From contig JARKSN010000151.1 in assembly GCA_029974275.1 (NCBI GenBank), positions 1 to 63,417 of the forward strand: DNA of 63,417 nucleotides. The letters are read 5' to 3'. The DNA is from Candidatus Hydrogenedentota bacterium. GTDB lineage: Bacteria; Hydrogenedentota; Hydrogenedentia; Hydrogenedentales; SLHB01. Below the pieces are notes generated by a model. The model saw only the letters and a list, made by a program, of their open reading frames with translations, had not been told where the DNA came from and ran no database searches. How positions within the stretch are numbered: the first letter of the stretch is position 1; each line of letters starts with the position of its first letter. Positions 8,490-18,910 of this stretch are shown piece by piece. Made by a program: the position numbers and the translations under genes.

Positions 8490-8755
8490 CCTAATTTCTG
8501 GCATTCCCAGAAAAAATTCTAGAAAAATTCTCTTTGCCTCCCGAGAACATCCCCATAACGCTTGTGACGCCTCTCGGTTGAAAATCTGCCGTTGGGAAAA
8601 TCAAGGCCGGCAATCGACATTTCACTGATCTATGTCGAAAAGACACGATGTCGATCACCGTGAAACACAACCCGAGCATTGACCAAAACTCCGGCATGGC
8701 ACAGCCTCCGCATGACGGTGTAAAGGAATGAATCGGTCAGAATGCTTGCAGCCCG

Positions 8756-10726
8756 TTATTTCGAATCGCCCATGCAATCGCCGCTTGAGGCGTCGTTTTT
8801 CGTTTCGGCTGCTTTGCCATGGACGCGTTCGTATTCGAGCGGATGGCGGTCGCGGAACTCCTCGTTTGAGATGCGTCCGGTCAGCCATGCCCCGTTCATC
8901 GGGTAGGCGTCGGGGTCGAAGATCACCATGTAAAAATGCCAGATAAGGATGGAGCCGGTGGCCAGGATCGCTTCGTAAAAATGTATCAGCGAGGCGACAT
9001 CCAGCACGACTTTGGGGAAGTAACGCAGGAAAAGGTCCGCGTACCACATGGCGAACCCGGTAACGATCATGATGACCGATCCCCAGATCAGGCCCCAGTA
9101 TTCGAATTTTTCCCGGTAGGAGTAGCGGTCGAATCGGGGAGGCCTGCTTGCCAGACCCAGCCCATAGCCAAGATTGTGAAAAAGGTCGCGGAGATCGCGC
9201 GGCACAAGGATCATGGCGAACAGTTCGCGGCGCCCGTATCGCGACAACAAGGCATGCAGGAAGTGAACGAGCATCAGCGCCACGAACACGATGGCCGTGC
9301 CGCGATGGATCAGGCCGCGCGCCGCAAGCCCTGCGTCCTTGCCAAAAAGATGCAACGTCATCCAGCTATCGGGATAGCGAAGGGCAAACCCGGAAATCGC
9401 CAACGCGATAAACGATCCCGCGAGGACCACGTGGCCCGCGCGCTGCCCGATGGTGAAACGCTGGCGGCTGTCTGGGTTGCGCGCTTCTGTCATGCAATGA
9501 GCGATGACGCTGCGAAGGAACAGAATGATGTTGTGCGCCAACATGCCGCCGAGGATCAGGCCAATAAGCCAAAGGTAAATCAGCCGTACGATGCCGGCGG
9601 CTTTTTGGCTGGGCGAGGCGGGAATGATGTGCACCGCGCCTTGGGCGAAGTTGGGGCCCGCGTCTTTGTGGCATTTGCCGCATGTTTGGGGGAGATTGGC
9701 CTTGTGGGTCGAGGCTCTGGCATCGCTCGAGGGGAGAATGTCGTGGACGCCGTGGCAGCTGGTGCAACTGGCCACGATGAGGGAGCTGGACGACGTGGAC
9801 AAGCCGTGGTAGCTGTCCATGTAGCTGCCCTGACGCCGGGTGGCGATGCCATAGCGTTTCATTACTTTTTCGTCGTTGTGGCATTTAGGGCAGGTTTCGC
9901 GCGACACGGCGCGGGCGCTGACCTGCGATGTCGCCGCGGCAGGGGAGTCGATGTTGTGTTCGCCGTGGCAGTCTGCGCAGTTGGGCGCGTCCTTCACGCC
10001 TTTCCGGAGGGCCTTTCCATGGATGCTGTCTTCGAATTCACGCGCGGGCTTGTCGTGGCATTTTCCGCAGGTCGCGGGCACGTTGGCCCGATTCACTGCG
10101 GAACGGGGGTCCTGCGTCGGCAGAATTTGGTGCGTTCCATGGCAGTCCGTGCAGACGGCGGCCTTGGGATCGCCGCGCTGCATGATGCGTCCATGAACGC
10201 TGTGCAGATAGGCGCGGCTGGGGTCGAAAACGGACACCATATGGCGCTTGGTCAGCGTGGCGTCGGAATGGCAGCGCCCGCACGTGGCGGCAAGATTCAT
10301 GCGGTGCGTGGGCGAAAGCGGGTCCGTTTTGGACCGGATGTCGTGCTTGCCATGGCAATCCAGACATCCGCCAATGTCCTGATCGCCGTCCTGCAACGCC
10401 TTGCCGTGGAGACTGTCGGCGTATTCTTTGGCCTGTTCGTGGCATTGTGTGCAATCGACAGGTTTCAAGGAATCCGCATGGGGAACTTCTTCGATATCGC
10501 TATGGCAGCCCACGCATCCCATGGGGCCGTGCACCGTCTTGGCGAAAACGCCTCCATCCACATACAACGACACCACCCGCCCGTCAGGCTTTTTGGCGGA
10601 TGCCGACGGGTCGCCGTGGCAGACTTGACACGCTTCATCCGACAGGTCGGCGCGGGCCGTTGTCCCCAAGAACGACCCCCAAAAGAGCAGGACTGTCCCC
10701 CACGCAACTACGCAGCGTCGCATCAT
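8756..10726 (-). CDS. Multiheme cytochrome c (11 CxxCH) fused to a cytochrome b (FdnI/HydC-like) membrane domain, CbcL-like
   Basis: Signal peptide, 11 CxxCH motifs counted, then TM helices with H-ligands, RYSYREKFEYWGL.WG..IM..TG and HFYEAILA...I.IWHFY. Confidence 0.9.
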   Translation of the reverse strand: MMRRCVVAWGTVLLFWGSFLGTTARADLSDEACQVCHGDPSASAKKPDGRVVSLYVDGGVFAKTVHGPMGCVGCHSDIEEVPHADSLKPVDCTQCHEQAKEYADSLHGKALQDGDQDIGGCLDCHGKHDIRSKTDPLSPTHRMNLAATCGRCHSDATLTKRHMVSVFDPSRAYLHSVHGRIMQRGDPKAAVCTDCHGTHQILPTQDPRSAVNRANVPATCGKCHDKPAREFEDSIHGKALRKGVKDAPNCADCHGEHNIDSPAAATSQVSARAVSRETCPKCHNDEKVMKRYGIATRRQGSYMDSYHGLSTSSSSLIVASCTSCHGVHDILPSSDARASTHKANLPQTCGKCHKDAGPNFAQGAVHIIPASPSQKAAGIVRLIYLWLIGLILGGMLAHNIILFLRSVIAHCMTEARNPDSRQRFTIGQRAGHVVLAGSFIALAISGFALRYPDSWMTLHLFGKDAGLAARGLIHRGTAIVFVALMLVHFLHALLSRYGRRELFAMILVPRDLRDLFHNLGYGLGLASRPPRFDRYSYREKFEYWGLIWGSVIMIVTGFAMWYADLFLRYFPKVVLDVASLIHFYEAILATGSILIWHFYMVIFDPDAYPMNGAWLTGRISNEEFRDRHPLEYERVHGKAAETKNDASSGDCMGDSK

Positions 10727-10876
10727 GCACCTCGCGTGATTTTACGGAGCGGCTTTCCCCGGCGCTCCGTCGCCGCCTTCTCTTGAAAACACGTCCGAAA
10801 AAAGACGGGCTCAAAAAACATGGGCCCCTTCGCCCGCCATCTCCTTTTGGGCCGCGCTGTTTTCCCTTCGAAAGCG

Positions 10877-11848
10877 TTACGATTTGGGAGAGGGCGGAGA
10901 GGCAGGGGCGGGAAGCATTGTTTTGTATATGCCGCCCATCTTGGAGATCGTGTATTTCCCTTCCACGACGTTTCCACTTATGGCAGCCGATCCCGTGAGC
11001 ACGGCGCCGTAACGATCCTTGAGGGCCATTTGCAGGCCAATTTGAGCCATGCCGAGTAGGGACTGAATAGATTGCGGCGTCTCGGGCGGAGCAGCCGGAT
11101 CGCATTCGAAATGGACGACGACGTCGAACGCATCTTTTCCTGCGGGATCGATCCGGGCGTGCCCCGTGGAGATCCCCCCCATGATCATTTCGATCTGTTC
11201 TGGAGGCAGCAAGCCCGCGGGAAGGTTGGCTCCGGCCAGCGCGGAAGCCAGCAGGGCGTAGACGCCGCCGGACCGGTTATCCAACGCCATTTCGAACAGA
11301 TGGGTTTCCTGCAGCGAGGCCGCAAGCGATCCCGAAAGGTTCTGATGCGGCCAACGTCGCCGGAGCGTTTCCGTGGCAGAGGCGTCCAATACGGCTTTGC
11401 CATCGAGCGTGAGCATGCCGCGCGCGGAACGTTCCAATTGCTGCGACGACCAACGGACGCCGGGAAACTGCTTGCGCAAGGGCTCCAGATCGGATTTTGC
11501 GGCGATGAGGGGGCCGATCCGCTGTTCGTTGATGAAGAAGGTGGTTCGGATCTCTTCCGAAGCGGCATCGGCGGCGAACAAAATCGCGATTTCCTGGGGA
11601 AGCAAATGAACCAGCCACTGCGGCCTTATTTTGGCTTGAGCGGCCAGGATTTGCGTGATTTCGGGAGGCGCAAGAAGCGGTTGCAGACGAATCACGACGC
11701 ATGCGTCAGGTTTGTTCACCGCGGCAGCGGTAAGGCGTGGGGCTTTGCGCAGCCATTCCAGGCGGAACTCCGCCGCCACCAAGGCTATCACCAACAGGAT
11801 CAGCAACGCCAAACCCGCAGTGATGGCGATTTTGCCGGTTCTTTTCAC
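10877..11848 (-). CDS. Hypothetical N-terminally membrane-anchored protein
   Basis: GTG start after GGAGAGG; basic N-terminus plus hydrophobic helix; no recognised motif. Confidence 0.65.
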   Translation of the reverse strand: MKRTGKIAITAGLALLILLVIALVAAEFRLEWLRKAPRLTAAAVNKPDACVVIRLQPLLAPPEITQILAAQAKIRPQWLVHLLPQEIAILFAADAASEEIRTTFFINEQRIGPLIAAKSDLEPLRKQFPGVRWSSQQLERSARGMLTLDGKAVLDASATETLRRRWPHQNLSGSLAASLQETHLFEMALDNRSGGVYALLASALAGANLPAGLLPPEQIEMIMGGISTGHARIDPAGKDAFDVVVHFECDPAAPPETPQSIQSLLGMAQIGLQMALKDRYGAVLTGSAAISGNVVEGKYTISKMGGIYKTMLPAPASPPSPKS

Positions 11849-11950
11849 GACGACCTCTCCTTTCCGCGACGCCCATGGCCCTGTGCGCTCCGCCGATGTG
11901 CGTCATCCTATAGCGAAAGCGGCTGGTTGTCAAAGCGCGAGCGCGGCATT

Positions 11951-14005
11951 CTACGCCAGCATCTGTTCGAAACGGCGAGAGGCTTCGGCCAGTGGGACAT
12001 GCGCTGGGTCTGCGAGGAGCGGGTCGCGGGCGAGGATGGTTTGGGCGTCGTGGCGGGCTTTGTCGAGGAGGCGCACGTCGCGGAGGAGGTCGGCGGCGCG
12101 AAGGTCGCTCAGGCCGGCTTGTTTGATGCCGTAGAATTCGCCGGGACCGCGCATCGTGAGGTCGGCCTCGGCGATTTCGAAGCCGTTTGTCGTGCTGCAG
12201 AAGATATCGAGGCGTTGTTTGCCTTCGTCGGTTTTGGGTTTTCCCAGCAAGAAACAATGCGACTCTTGTGCACCGCGCCCAACGCGTCCGCGGAGTTGAT
12301 GCAGTTGCGTCAATCCGAATTGCGCTGCGTCTTCGATGATCATGATGGTGGCCGCGGGCACGTCGATGCCGACTTCGATAACGCTGGTGCTGAACAGCAC
12401 GTCCAGCGCGCCTTTTTTGAACGCGTGCATGACGGCGTCTTTGTCGCGCCCCGCCATGCGCCCGTGCAACAGCGCGCAACGCAACGCGGCGAAGGGGCCG
12501 CTCGACAACTCCTCGAAGTGCGTGGTCACGGCCTTCACGGCGCGCGCGTTGGACTCGTCCACGAGGGGGCACACGACGTAGGTTTGTGCGCCGGTTGCCG
12601 CCTGCTTGACCGCCCACCCATACAGGTCGTCCACTTTTGCCGGCGTGATGCGTCGGGTCTTCACGGGCGTGCGGCCCGGCGGCAGTTCGTCGATGATGGT
12701 GAGGTCCATGCCGCCGTAGACCGTGATCGCAAGCGTGCGTGGAATGGGGGTGGCCGTCATGTGCAGGACATCGGGGTGAAGCCCTTTTTCTGCGAGTCGT
12801 TGCCGTTGCACGACGCCGAAGCGGTGTTGTTCGTCGAAGACGACGAGGCCGAGGCGATGAAAGGCGACGGATTCTTGCACGAGGGCGTGCGTGCCAACGA
12901 CGACGCGGGCGTCGCCGCTTGCGATACGTGCGCGCGTCTCCTTTGCGCCGCGTGTCGACCCGGTCAGCAGGGTGGGTTCCAGCCCCAACGGGGCGAGCAT
13001 GTCGCGCAAGGTGATGGCGTGTTGCTCGGCAAGGATTTCGGTGGGGGCCATGAGGGCCGTCTGAAAACCGCCGTCGGCTGCCGCGGCAATCGCGTGCAAC
13101 GCGACAGCCGTTTTTCCGCAACCGACATCCCCCTGCAACAAACGGAGCATCGGCCGCGGCGACGCCATGTCGCGCAGGATATCGTCCACCGCGCGCGCCT
13201 GCGCCCCGGTCAAGGCAAAGGGAAGCGATTCGCGCAAAGCGCCCAAGCGCGCGCCGTCGATCGCGTGACGGTAGCCCTTCTCCTCGTGGAGCCGTGCAGC
13301 CCGTGCGCGCAGCACGCCGAGCTGGATCGCGAGCAACTCCTCGTACGCAAAGCGATCGCGTGCGCAGTGTGCCGCATCGAGTTCTGCCGGAAAGTGCACC
13401 GAGCGAATGGCGTCGTGTGCGCAGGGGAATCCATGCTGCGTACGCAGCGCTTCCGGCAGACGCTCCTCCAGCGCATCTGTGGCCGCGTCGAGGGCGGCCA
13501 TGATCCAACGGCGCAGCATGCGGTGCGAGATGCCCTCGGTGAGCCGGTAGATGGGCACGATGCGCCCCGTGTTGAGCAGGTCTTCGTCGTCTCCCGAGAG
13601 GATTTCATACTCGGGATTCTTGAGCGCGAGGCCCTTGTATTTGCCGACAACCCCGGTGAACAGGGCGCGGGCGCCCTTGGGCAACGCGCGTACGAGGAAG
13701 TCGCGCCCGAACCATGTGGCGTGGATCGTGCCGCTGGCATCGGCCAAGGTCAGATCGGCCAACGACAAGCGCGAGCGCAGACGGATCGCCCGGCCATTCA
13801 CGACTTCCGCTTCGATGGTGATGGCATCGCCTTCCTTCGCGTCGCGAATGGGCGTGATGCGGCGGCGATCCTCATAGGTCCGCGGCAGCCACAGCACAAG
13901 ATCGCGCACGGTCGCAACGCCGAGATGCGCCAGCAGTTCGGCGCGTTTGGGGCCAATGCCCGGCAACAGGGCGACGGTCTCGTCGAGTAAATTGGGCAAT
14001 GTCAT
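11951..14005 (-). CDS. recG: ATP-dependent DNA helicase RecG
   Basis: RLLQGDVGCGKT, MAPTEILAEQH, DEQHRFGV, MTATPIPRTLA, FGLTQLHQLRGRVGRG, D...RGPGEF.G.KQ.G. Confidence 0.97.
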   Translation of the reverse strand: MTLPNLLDETVALLPGIGPKRAELLAHLGVATVRDLVLWLPRTYEDRRRITPIRDAKEGDAITIEAEVVNGRAIRLRSRLSLADLTLADASGTIHATWFGRDFLVRALPKGARALFTGVVGKYKGLALKNPEYEILSGDDEDLLNTGRIVPIYRLTEGISHRMLRRWIMAALDAATDALEERLPEALRTQHGFPCAHDAIRSVHFPAELDAAHCARDRFAYEELLAIQLGVLRARAARLHEEKGYRHAIDGARLGALRESLPFALTGAQARAVDDILRDMASPRPMLRLLQGDVGCGKTAVALHAIAAAADGGFQTALMAPTEILAEQHAITLRDMLAPLGLEPTLLTGSTRGAKETRARIASGDARVVVGTHALVQESVAFHRLGLVVFDEQHRFGVVQRQRLAEKGLHPDVLHMTATPIPRTLAITVYGGMDLTIIDELPPGRTPVKTRRITPAKVDDLYGWAVKQAATGAQTYVVCPLVDESNARAVKAVTTHFEELSSGPFAALRCALLHGRMAGRDKDAVMHAFKKGALDVLFSTSVIEVGIDVPAATIMIIEDAAQFGLTQLHQLRGRVGRGAQESHCFLLGKPKTDEGKQRLDIFCSTTNGFEIAEADLTMRGPGEFYGIKQAGLSDLRAADLLRDVRLLDKARHDAQTILARDPLLADPAHVPLAEASRRFEQMLA

Positions 14006-14709
14006 GCGTTGATGATATCGCTGCACGGGGAAGAGGCAATTTCCTTGCGATGGAACGCCGCCGCGATCCAGATTTTCTCCTGATGCGGTTGACTGCGCAA
14101 ATCCGCGCTTTCCCATAGGTGTCTGTAGTGGTCATTACAGACGCAGGCGAGATATCGTTTGACGGAGAGAAAGGCGTTGCGTATTGCGCGGCGTTTCTGG
14201 TGGTTGTCCCACATAAAGTAGTTTTTGGGTTTATCGTTCGCGCCTTGCGGATGCATCCCGCAATAGACCCATCCGGACTGCATATCCTTCGCGTTCGCCA
14301 TGTGTCCAAACACATACGGACACCCGTTTGCATTGATGCGCACCATGACCACTTCCTGATCATAGATCGCGGGGTCGAGGCACGAAGGAAGCCACTCATC
14401 TTCCATCGCGTGCTCCCACTTGGATCGCAGGAAGCCTAGAGGCCTATGGTCATAGGACCGGCCACTATTCATTTCGCTCAGACTCCATGGATAGGCATGG
14501 AGCGTACTCGGATAACCGGCGATATCCTCTTCGGCTAGTGACAGAAAACGGGAGTAACGCGCACATCGCTGCCCTTCCCAAATAACGGGCGTAACCAGCG
14601 CAACCAAGATCGACGCGGCAAGTGTATACATCAATACTCGTCGTAGCCGCAGCGCGTGCGTCTTCTCGGGTGACACGATTTCAGTTTGTGGCGGCTTTGT
14701 TTCGTTCAT
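14002..14709 (-). CDS. Hypothetical membrane-anchored protein, lower GC than flanks
   Basis: One TM helix near the N-terminus; stop overlaps recG start (ATGA); about 53% GC at 14461-14520. Confidence 0.5.
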   Translation of the reverse strand: MNETKPPQTEIVSPEKTHALRLRRVLMYTLAASILVALVTPVIWEGQRCARYSRFLSLAEEDIAGYPSTLHAYPWSLSEMNSGRSYDHRPLGFLRSKWEHAMEDEWLPSCLDPAIYDQEVVMVRINANGCPYVFGHMANAKDMQSGWVYCGMHPQGANDKPKNYFMWDNHQKRRAIRNAFLSVKRYLACVCNDHYRHLWESADLRSQPHQEKIWIAAAFHRKEIASSPCSDIINA

Positions 14710-14735
14710 CCTATCTCCCAGCGGCATCGGTATGG

Positions 14736-16538
14736 TTAATTCAGTTGAATCGAAAGGCGTTGTTCCAACCAACTGCCGCGCCGTTCTTGAAGCAAGCGCA
14801 CGTCGCGCAGTTTTGCGCCGACGACCGCCAGTGTGGCGGACGCCTCGGGGTTCGCTTCCTGGTTGTCGCGCAAGGCCATGGGTGCAAGGACATTGGCGAA
14901 CAGCGACCCGTGGAGAACGGCGGCCATGTAGCGCGGCGTGGTCGCGTCGAGGGGCGGCTGCAGACTCGCGAGGTAGGTCTGTTCTTGCGTGGCAACCTTG
15001 CGGTCGATGGCGCCTTTGAGGGCTGCGTGGTCGTTTGAGAACGCCAGCGTATTTCCGATGAAGCCGTAGCGAATCGCCGGCCTCACAGGAATGGGGAGTT
15101 CAAACAGGTCGACTTCGTTGTAGGTCTCCAGCGATTTCGATGCAATGCCGATTTCGGCAAGGACGCTCTTGGTCTTTTCGACGTCGTCTTGTTCGATGAG
15201 GGCCAACAAAAGCGGCAGACCGTCCCGCTGGCCCGTCACGCCGAGCGCGAGTTCTTCGCCGGTCAATGCGAGCGCGAGACGCAGCAGGCTCAGGGTTTGT
15301 TTGGCGCGCGGGTCATCTTGAACGGACACGGAGAGCGAGTTTTTCCAGGTGCGTTCGAGCTGGGCTTTGGCCTCCGGCGTCAACCGCATGTCCACAAACA
15401 GATCCAGCGCGACGGGGCACAAGGCACTCAGCATGAGCGGGGCGGCGTCCCCAAGCATGGCGGGAAGGGCCGTGTGCGTCTCGGTGTCGATACGGGCGAG
15501 CAGGTCAATGCCGTCTTGCCTCACGTTCCATGTCACCACCATCGGATCGGCCCCGGCATAGGACTTGAGGAGGTCATTCATGGCCTTCATCTGTGTCTGT
15601 GCCGCCTCGGCGACGCCGGAATCCAGCACCGCCGCCGTCGTCGAGAGTGCGGGCACAACGCTCAACAACTTGTCCATGCGCAGCAGCATCGCGATTTCAG
15701 CGGGGTCGTTGATGGGGCATGCGTCGGAGCCGTATCGCACATCGGCGGGCGTTTTCATGCGCGCCGCGACGGCCTTGAGCAGCGCGCGGCTATTGCCAAA
15801 CACAAAGGTGGAGCCCGACACAAAATACGCAGGGCCATCGGCCTTGACAAACGTAAGCGTGATGTCCCCGTCCTGTTCCGTCTTGATTTCTGCCGGAACT
15901 TCGGACGCGGCCGCGATGAACTTCGTCACAAAGGCGTCGGCCTTCGCCGGATCCGATGCCGTGAAGAGGATTGCCATGCCCGGTTGGGGCGGTTTGATGG
16001 GCGCTGGAGGCGCCGATGACCCGGCGGAGTCTTCTCCCGCACTCGCGGCGGCGCGCACCTGCGCCGCGAGGTCGCCAAGCGCTTGGCACATCGTGTCGAG
16101 TTCGACAAACACGGCGACGGGGGCGTTGGCGTCGATGCCGCCGGCCTTCATCACATCGACCGGCGTCGAGGCGGAAGGAACGCCGAGTTGGGCCGCCATG
16201 ATTTGTGAGTATTGCGCTATGGCCTCTTCGACAGGGATGCCCTCCGGCACGACGCGTTTTGCCAAGGCGATGGCTTTGCCGTAGAACGCGTCGAGCGACG
16301 GCGCGGCCAGGGCGAGGGCGGCCTGTTCCGGCATACACTGGAACGCGCGAACGACCGGCGCGACGACCGGCGCAGGGGGAGCGGAGGGCGCGACGGCTTG
16401 GGTGGTCGCGGGAGCGGCAGGGGCGCTTGGCTGCGCCTGCTGCTCTTCCTTCTTGCCGCACCCCGTAATCAGCAACGATACGGTGCAGATCGCAGCAATG
16501 CCCCAGAGGGACCAGCGTGAATTCCTTGAATTCCTCAT
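14736..16538 (-). CDS. Hypothetical lipoprotein (~600 aa)
   Basis: Lipobox LITGC followed by Pro/Ala linker; RBS-like AGGAGAAGGAAAGG upstream. Confidence 0.75.
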   Translation of the reverse strand: MRNSRNSRWSLWGIAAICTVSLLITGCGKKEEQQAQPSAPAAPATTQAVAPSAPPAPVVAPVVRAFQCMPEQAALALAAPSLDAFYGKAIALAKRVVPEGIPVEEAIAQYSQIMAAQLGVPSASTPVDVMKAGGIDANAPVAVFVELDTMCQALGDLAAQVRAAASAGEDSAGSSAPPAPIKPPQPGMAILFTASDPAKADAFVTKFIAAASEVPAEIKTEQDGDITLTFVKADGPAYFVSGSTFVFGNSRALLKAVAARMKTPADVRYGSDACPINDPAEIAMLLRMDKLLSVVPALSTTAAVLDSGVAEAAQTQMKAMNDLLKSYAGADPMVVTWNVRQDGIDLLARIDTETHTALPAMLGDAAPLMLSALCPVALDLFVDMRLTPEAKAQLERTWKNSLSVSVQDDPRAKQTLSLLRLALALTGEELALGVTGQRDGLPLLLALIEQDDVEKTKSVLAEIGIASKSLETYNEVDLFELPIPVRPAIRYGFIGNTLAFSNDHAALKGAIDRKVATQEQTYLASLQPPLDATTPRYMAAVLHGSLFANVLAPMALRDNQEANPEASATLAVVGAKLRDVRLLQERRGSWLEQRLSIQLN

Positions 16539-16864
16539 GCCTTTCCTTCTCCTCTCCCTGCCGCCAGACAGCCCCGCGTGCGCCAACATGTCGTTCTCGC
16601 CCTGGGATGCGTCGCGACGCGTTCAGGACGGGAACACGCTGCGCCCGGCCCAGATTAACAGAGAAACAAATGCCTGGCAAGAAGATGCCGTCCGCGGCGC
16701 CCCTTGACATGTCTCGGGACGGTCTGATAGCTTCCCCTCTTAAGGAAAGGGGGCAGCGTATATTCCAGCGCGCCGGACGGATCCGGCGTGCCCTATCTTG
16801 TTTTTTCCTGCATTTAACGAACCGCGGCGAGGGAGTTGCCCATACAAGGGCGGGAGTGGCGGCC

Positions 16865-18442
16865 ATGTTCAAGATGCTTGTTCTTGACGGTCTGAGCGAT
16901 GAAGGCGTTGTGATATTTCGGGATGCCGGGTTTGATGTGGACGTAAAGACTCCGCAGAAACCCGAGGAACTTGCTGCGATCATCGGCCAGTACGATGGTC
17001 TTGTCGTGCGCAGCGCAACCAAAGTGACCGCCGCCGCGCTTGAGAATCCGGGCCGTTTACGCGTTATCGGGCGCGCGGGGGCGGGCACCGACAACATCGA
17101 CAAGGACGCCGCCACGAAGCAGGGCATCGTCGTGATGAACACGCCGGGCGGCAACACCATCTCGACCTGCGAGCATACCTTCGCGCTGCTCTTTGCCCTG
17201 TGCCGCAACGTTCCGAAGGCCCATCAGTCCATGATGGAGGGCCGATGGGACCGGAAAAAATTCATGGGCGCGGAACTGTTCGGCAAAACGCTGGGCATCG
17301 TCGGCGTCGGCCGCATCGGCGGCGCGGTCGCCAAACGCGCGCAAGCCTTCGAGATGAAGGTCATCGCGTTCGATCCGATCATGACCAAACTGAAGGCCGA
17401 AGCCTTGGGCGTGGAACTGGTCGAGATCGACGAGATTATCGAGCGCTCGGACTTTATCACCATCCATGCGCCGAAAACCGACAAAACCAACGATCTCATT
17501 GGTCTTGATGAACTCAAGCGCATGAAGCCCACCTGCCGCATCGTCAATTGCGCTCGCGGCGGCATCGTGAACGAAGCCGATTTGGCCACGGCGCTGAAGG
17601 AAAAAATCATTGCGGGCGCCGCGCTTGACGTGTACACGAGCGAACCCTTTGAAAACAACCCGTTTCTCGGGCTTGACAACATCGTCATGACGCCCCACTT
17701 GGCCGCATCGACCGACGAAGCCCAATTGACCGTGGCGGTCGATATCGCCCACCAAATGGTCGATTTTCTCAACACGGGCGCGATCGTGAATGCCGTCAAC
17801 GTGCCCAGCTTGGACAGCGAACAGCGCAAGGTGTTGCAGCCGATCATCTACTTGGCGGAACGCTTGGGCAAGTTCCTTGCCCTCTACGCGGAAGGCAAGC
17901 CGCAGTCCATCGAAGTCGAATACCTGGGCGAAATGAACGTCACGGACACCTACCCGATCACGACCTCCGTGCTCGTCGGGTTCCTTTCGCCGACCGCCGA
18001 AACCGTGAACATGATTAGCGCGCCGTCGATGCTCAAAGACCACGGCATCGAATTCAAGGAAACCCGCAGCCCGCTGGCCTCGAGCTACGCGTTCCAGATT
18101 TGCGTCAAGGTCCAGACGGACAAAGAATCGCACAGCATCTCCGGGACGCTCTTCAACAACAGCGATCCGCGCATTTGCATCATCAACGGCACGCGCGTCG
18201 ACGCCGTGCCCGAGGGCTGGATGCTGGTCTGCACCAACGAGGACAAACCCCTCATCATCGGACGCGTCGCGATGTTCATCGGCGAGGCCGGCGTCAACAT
18301 CGCCAACCTTGTGCTGGGCCGCGACGAACGCGGCGGCCGCGCGGCGACGATTCTCAACCTCGACGATTCCCTGAACGATGAGGTTCTCGCAAAAATCCGC
18401 AAGGTGCCGCACGTCCTCCAGGCTCGTTTGGTGCGGTTATAG
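16865..18442 (+). CDS. serA: D-3-phosphoglycerate dehydrogenase (with ASB and ACT domains)
   Basis: VRSATKVT, GRAGAG.DNID, NTPGGN, G.GRIG, NCARGG, TPHLAAST.EAQ, C-terminal ACT (DKP..IG..GVNIA). Confidence 0.96.
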   Translation: MFKMLVLDGLSDEGVVIFRDAGFDVDVKTPQKPEELAAIIGQYDGLVVRSATKVTAAALENPGRLRVIGRAGAGTDNIDKDAATKQGIVVMNTPGGNTISTCEHTFALLFALCRNVPKAHQSMMEGRWDRKKFMGAELFGKTLGIVGVGRIGGAVAKRAQAFEMKVIAFDPIMTKLKAEALGVELVEIDEIIERSDFITIHAPKTDKTNDLIGLDELKRMKPTCRIVNCARGGIVNEADLATALKEKIIAGAALDVYTSEPFENNPFLGLDNIVMTPHLAASTDEAQLTVAVDIAHQMVDFLNTGAIVNAVNVPSLDSEQRKVLQPIIYLAERLGKFLALYAEGKPQSIEVEYLGEMNVTDTYPITTSVLVGFLSPTAETVNMISAPSMLKDHGIEFKETRSPLASSYAFQICVKVQTDKESHSISGTLFNNSDPRICIINGTRVDAVPEGWMLVCTNEDKPLIIGRVAMFIGEAGVNIANLVLGRDERGGRAATILNLDDSLNDEVLAKIRKVPHVLQARLVRL

Positions 18443-18496
18443 TCAGACGGCGGCGGGGTAATCGGGAACGTTGGGCATGAGGAGCGCTGGCGGTTG

Positions 18497-18904
18497 GTGG
18501 ATACCTGTAACCCCGAAACGCGAAGCCGGATCATGGCGCGTGTGCGAGGGAAAGATACGCAGCCGGAGTTGCGACTGAGACGCATGCTGCACGGAATGGG
18601 GTATCGCTACCGCCTCCACGTTGGCGGCCTGCCCGGCAAACCGGATATTGTATTTCCTTCGCGTCGCAAAATCGTCTTCATGCACGGCTGCTTCTGGCAT
18701 GGGCATCGTTGCCGCGCTGGACAAAAGAGGCCTGCGTCGAATACCGCGTATTGGGACGTGAAACTGGCAAAAAACACGACGCGAGACAAGTGCAACCGCA
18801 GACGCTTACGGGAACTGGGGTGGCGCGTGTTGGTGATCTGGGAGTGTCAAATGCGCGACGAGGCGCGTCTCGGCAAGCGGTTGGTGGATTTCTTGGAGAG
18901 CTAG
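18497..18904 (+). CDS. vsr: Very-short-patch repair endonuclease
   Basis: D......RSRIMARVRGKDTQPE, LPGKPDIV, FMHGCFWHGH, YW..KL..N..RD, LGWRVL.IWEC. Confidence 0.95.
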   Translation: MDTCNPETRSRIMARVRGKDTQPELRLRRMLHGMGYRYRLHVGGLPGKPDIVFPSRRKIVFMHGCFWHGHRCRAGQKRPASNTAYWDVKLAKNTTRDKCNRRRLRELGWRVLVIWECQMRDEARLGKRLVDFLES

Positions 18905-18910
18905 GGCATT

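Noticed and set aside
11072..13990. 972-aa + strand ORF, and other long antisense ORFs such as 36556-39078, 8936-10786, 43722-45260 and 57158-58789
   Set aside because: They are shadow frames opposite well-supported genes (recG, trxB/tilS, cytochrome, S41 peptidase, RND permease), as expected in high-GC DNA
16700..16864. Riboswitch or attenuator in the serA leader
   Set aside because: Only a plausible promoter (TTGACA 16704-16709) and short hairpins; no recognisable aptamer or leader peptide
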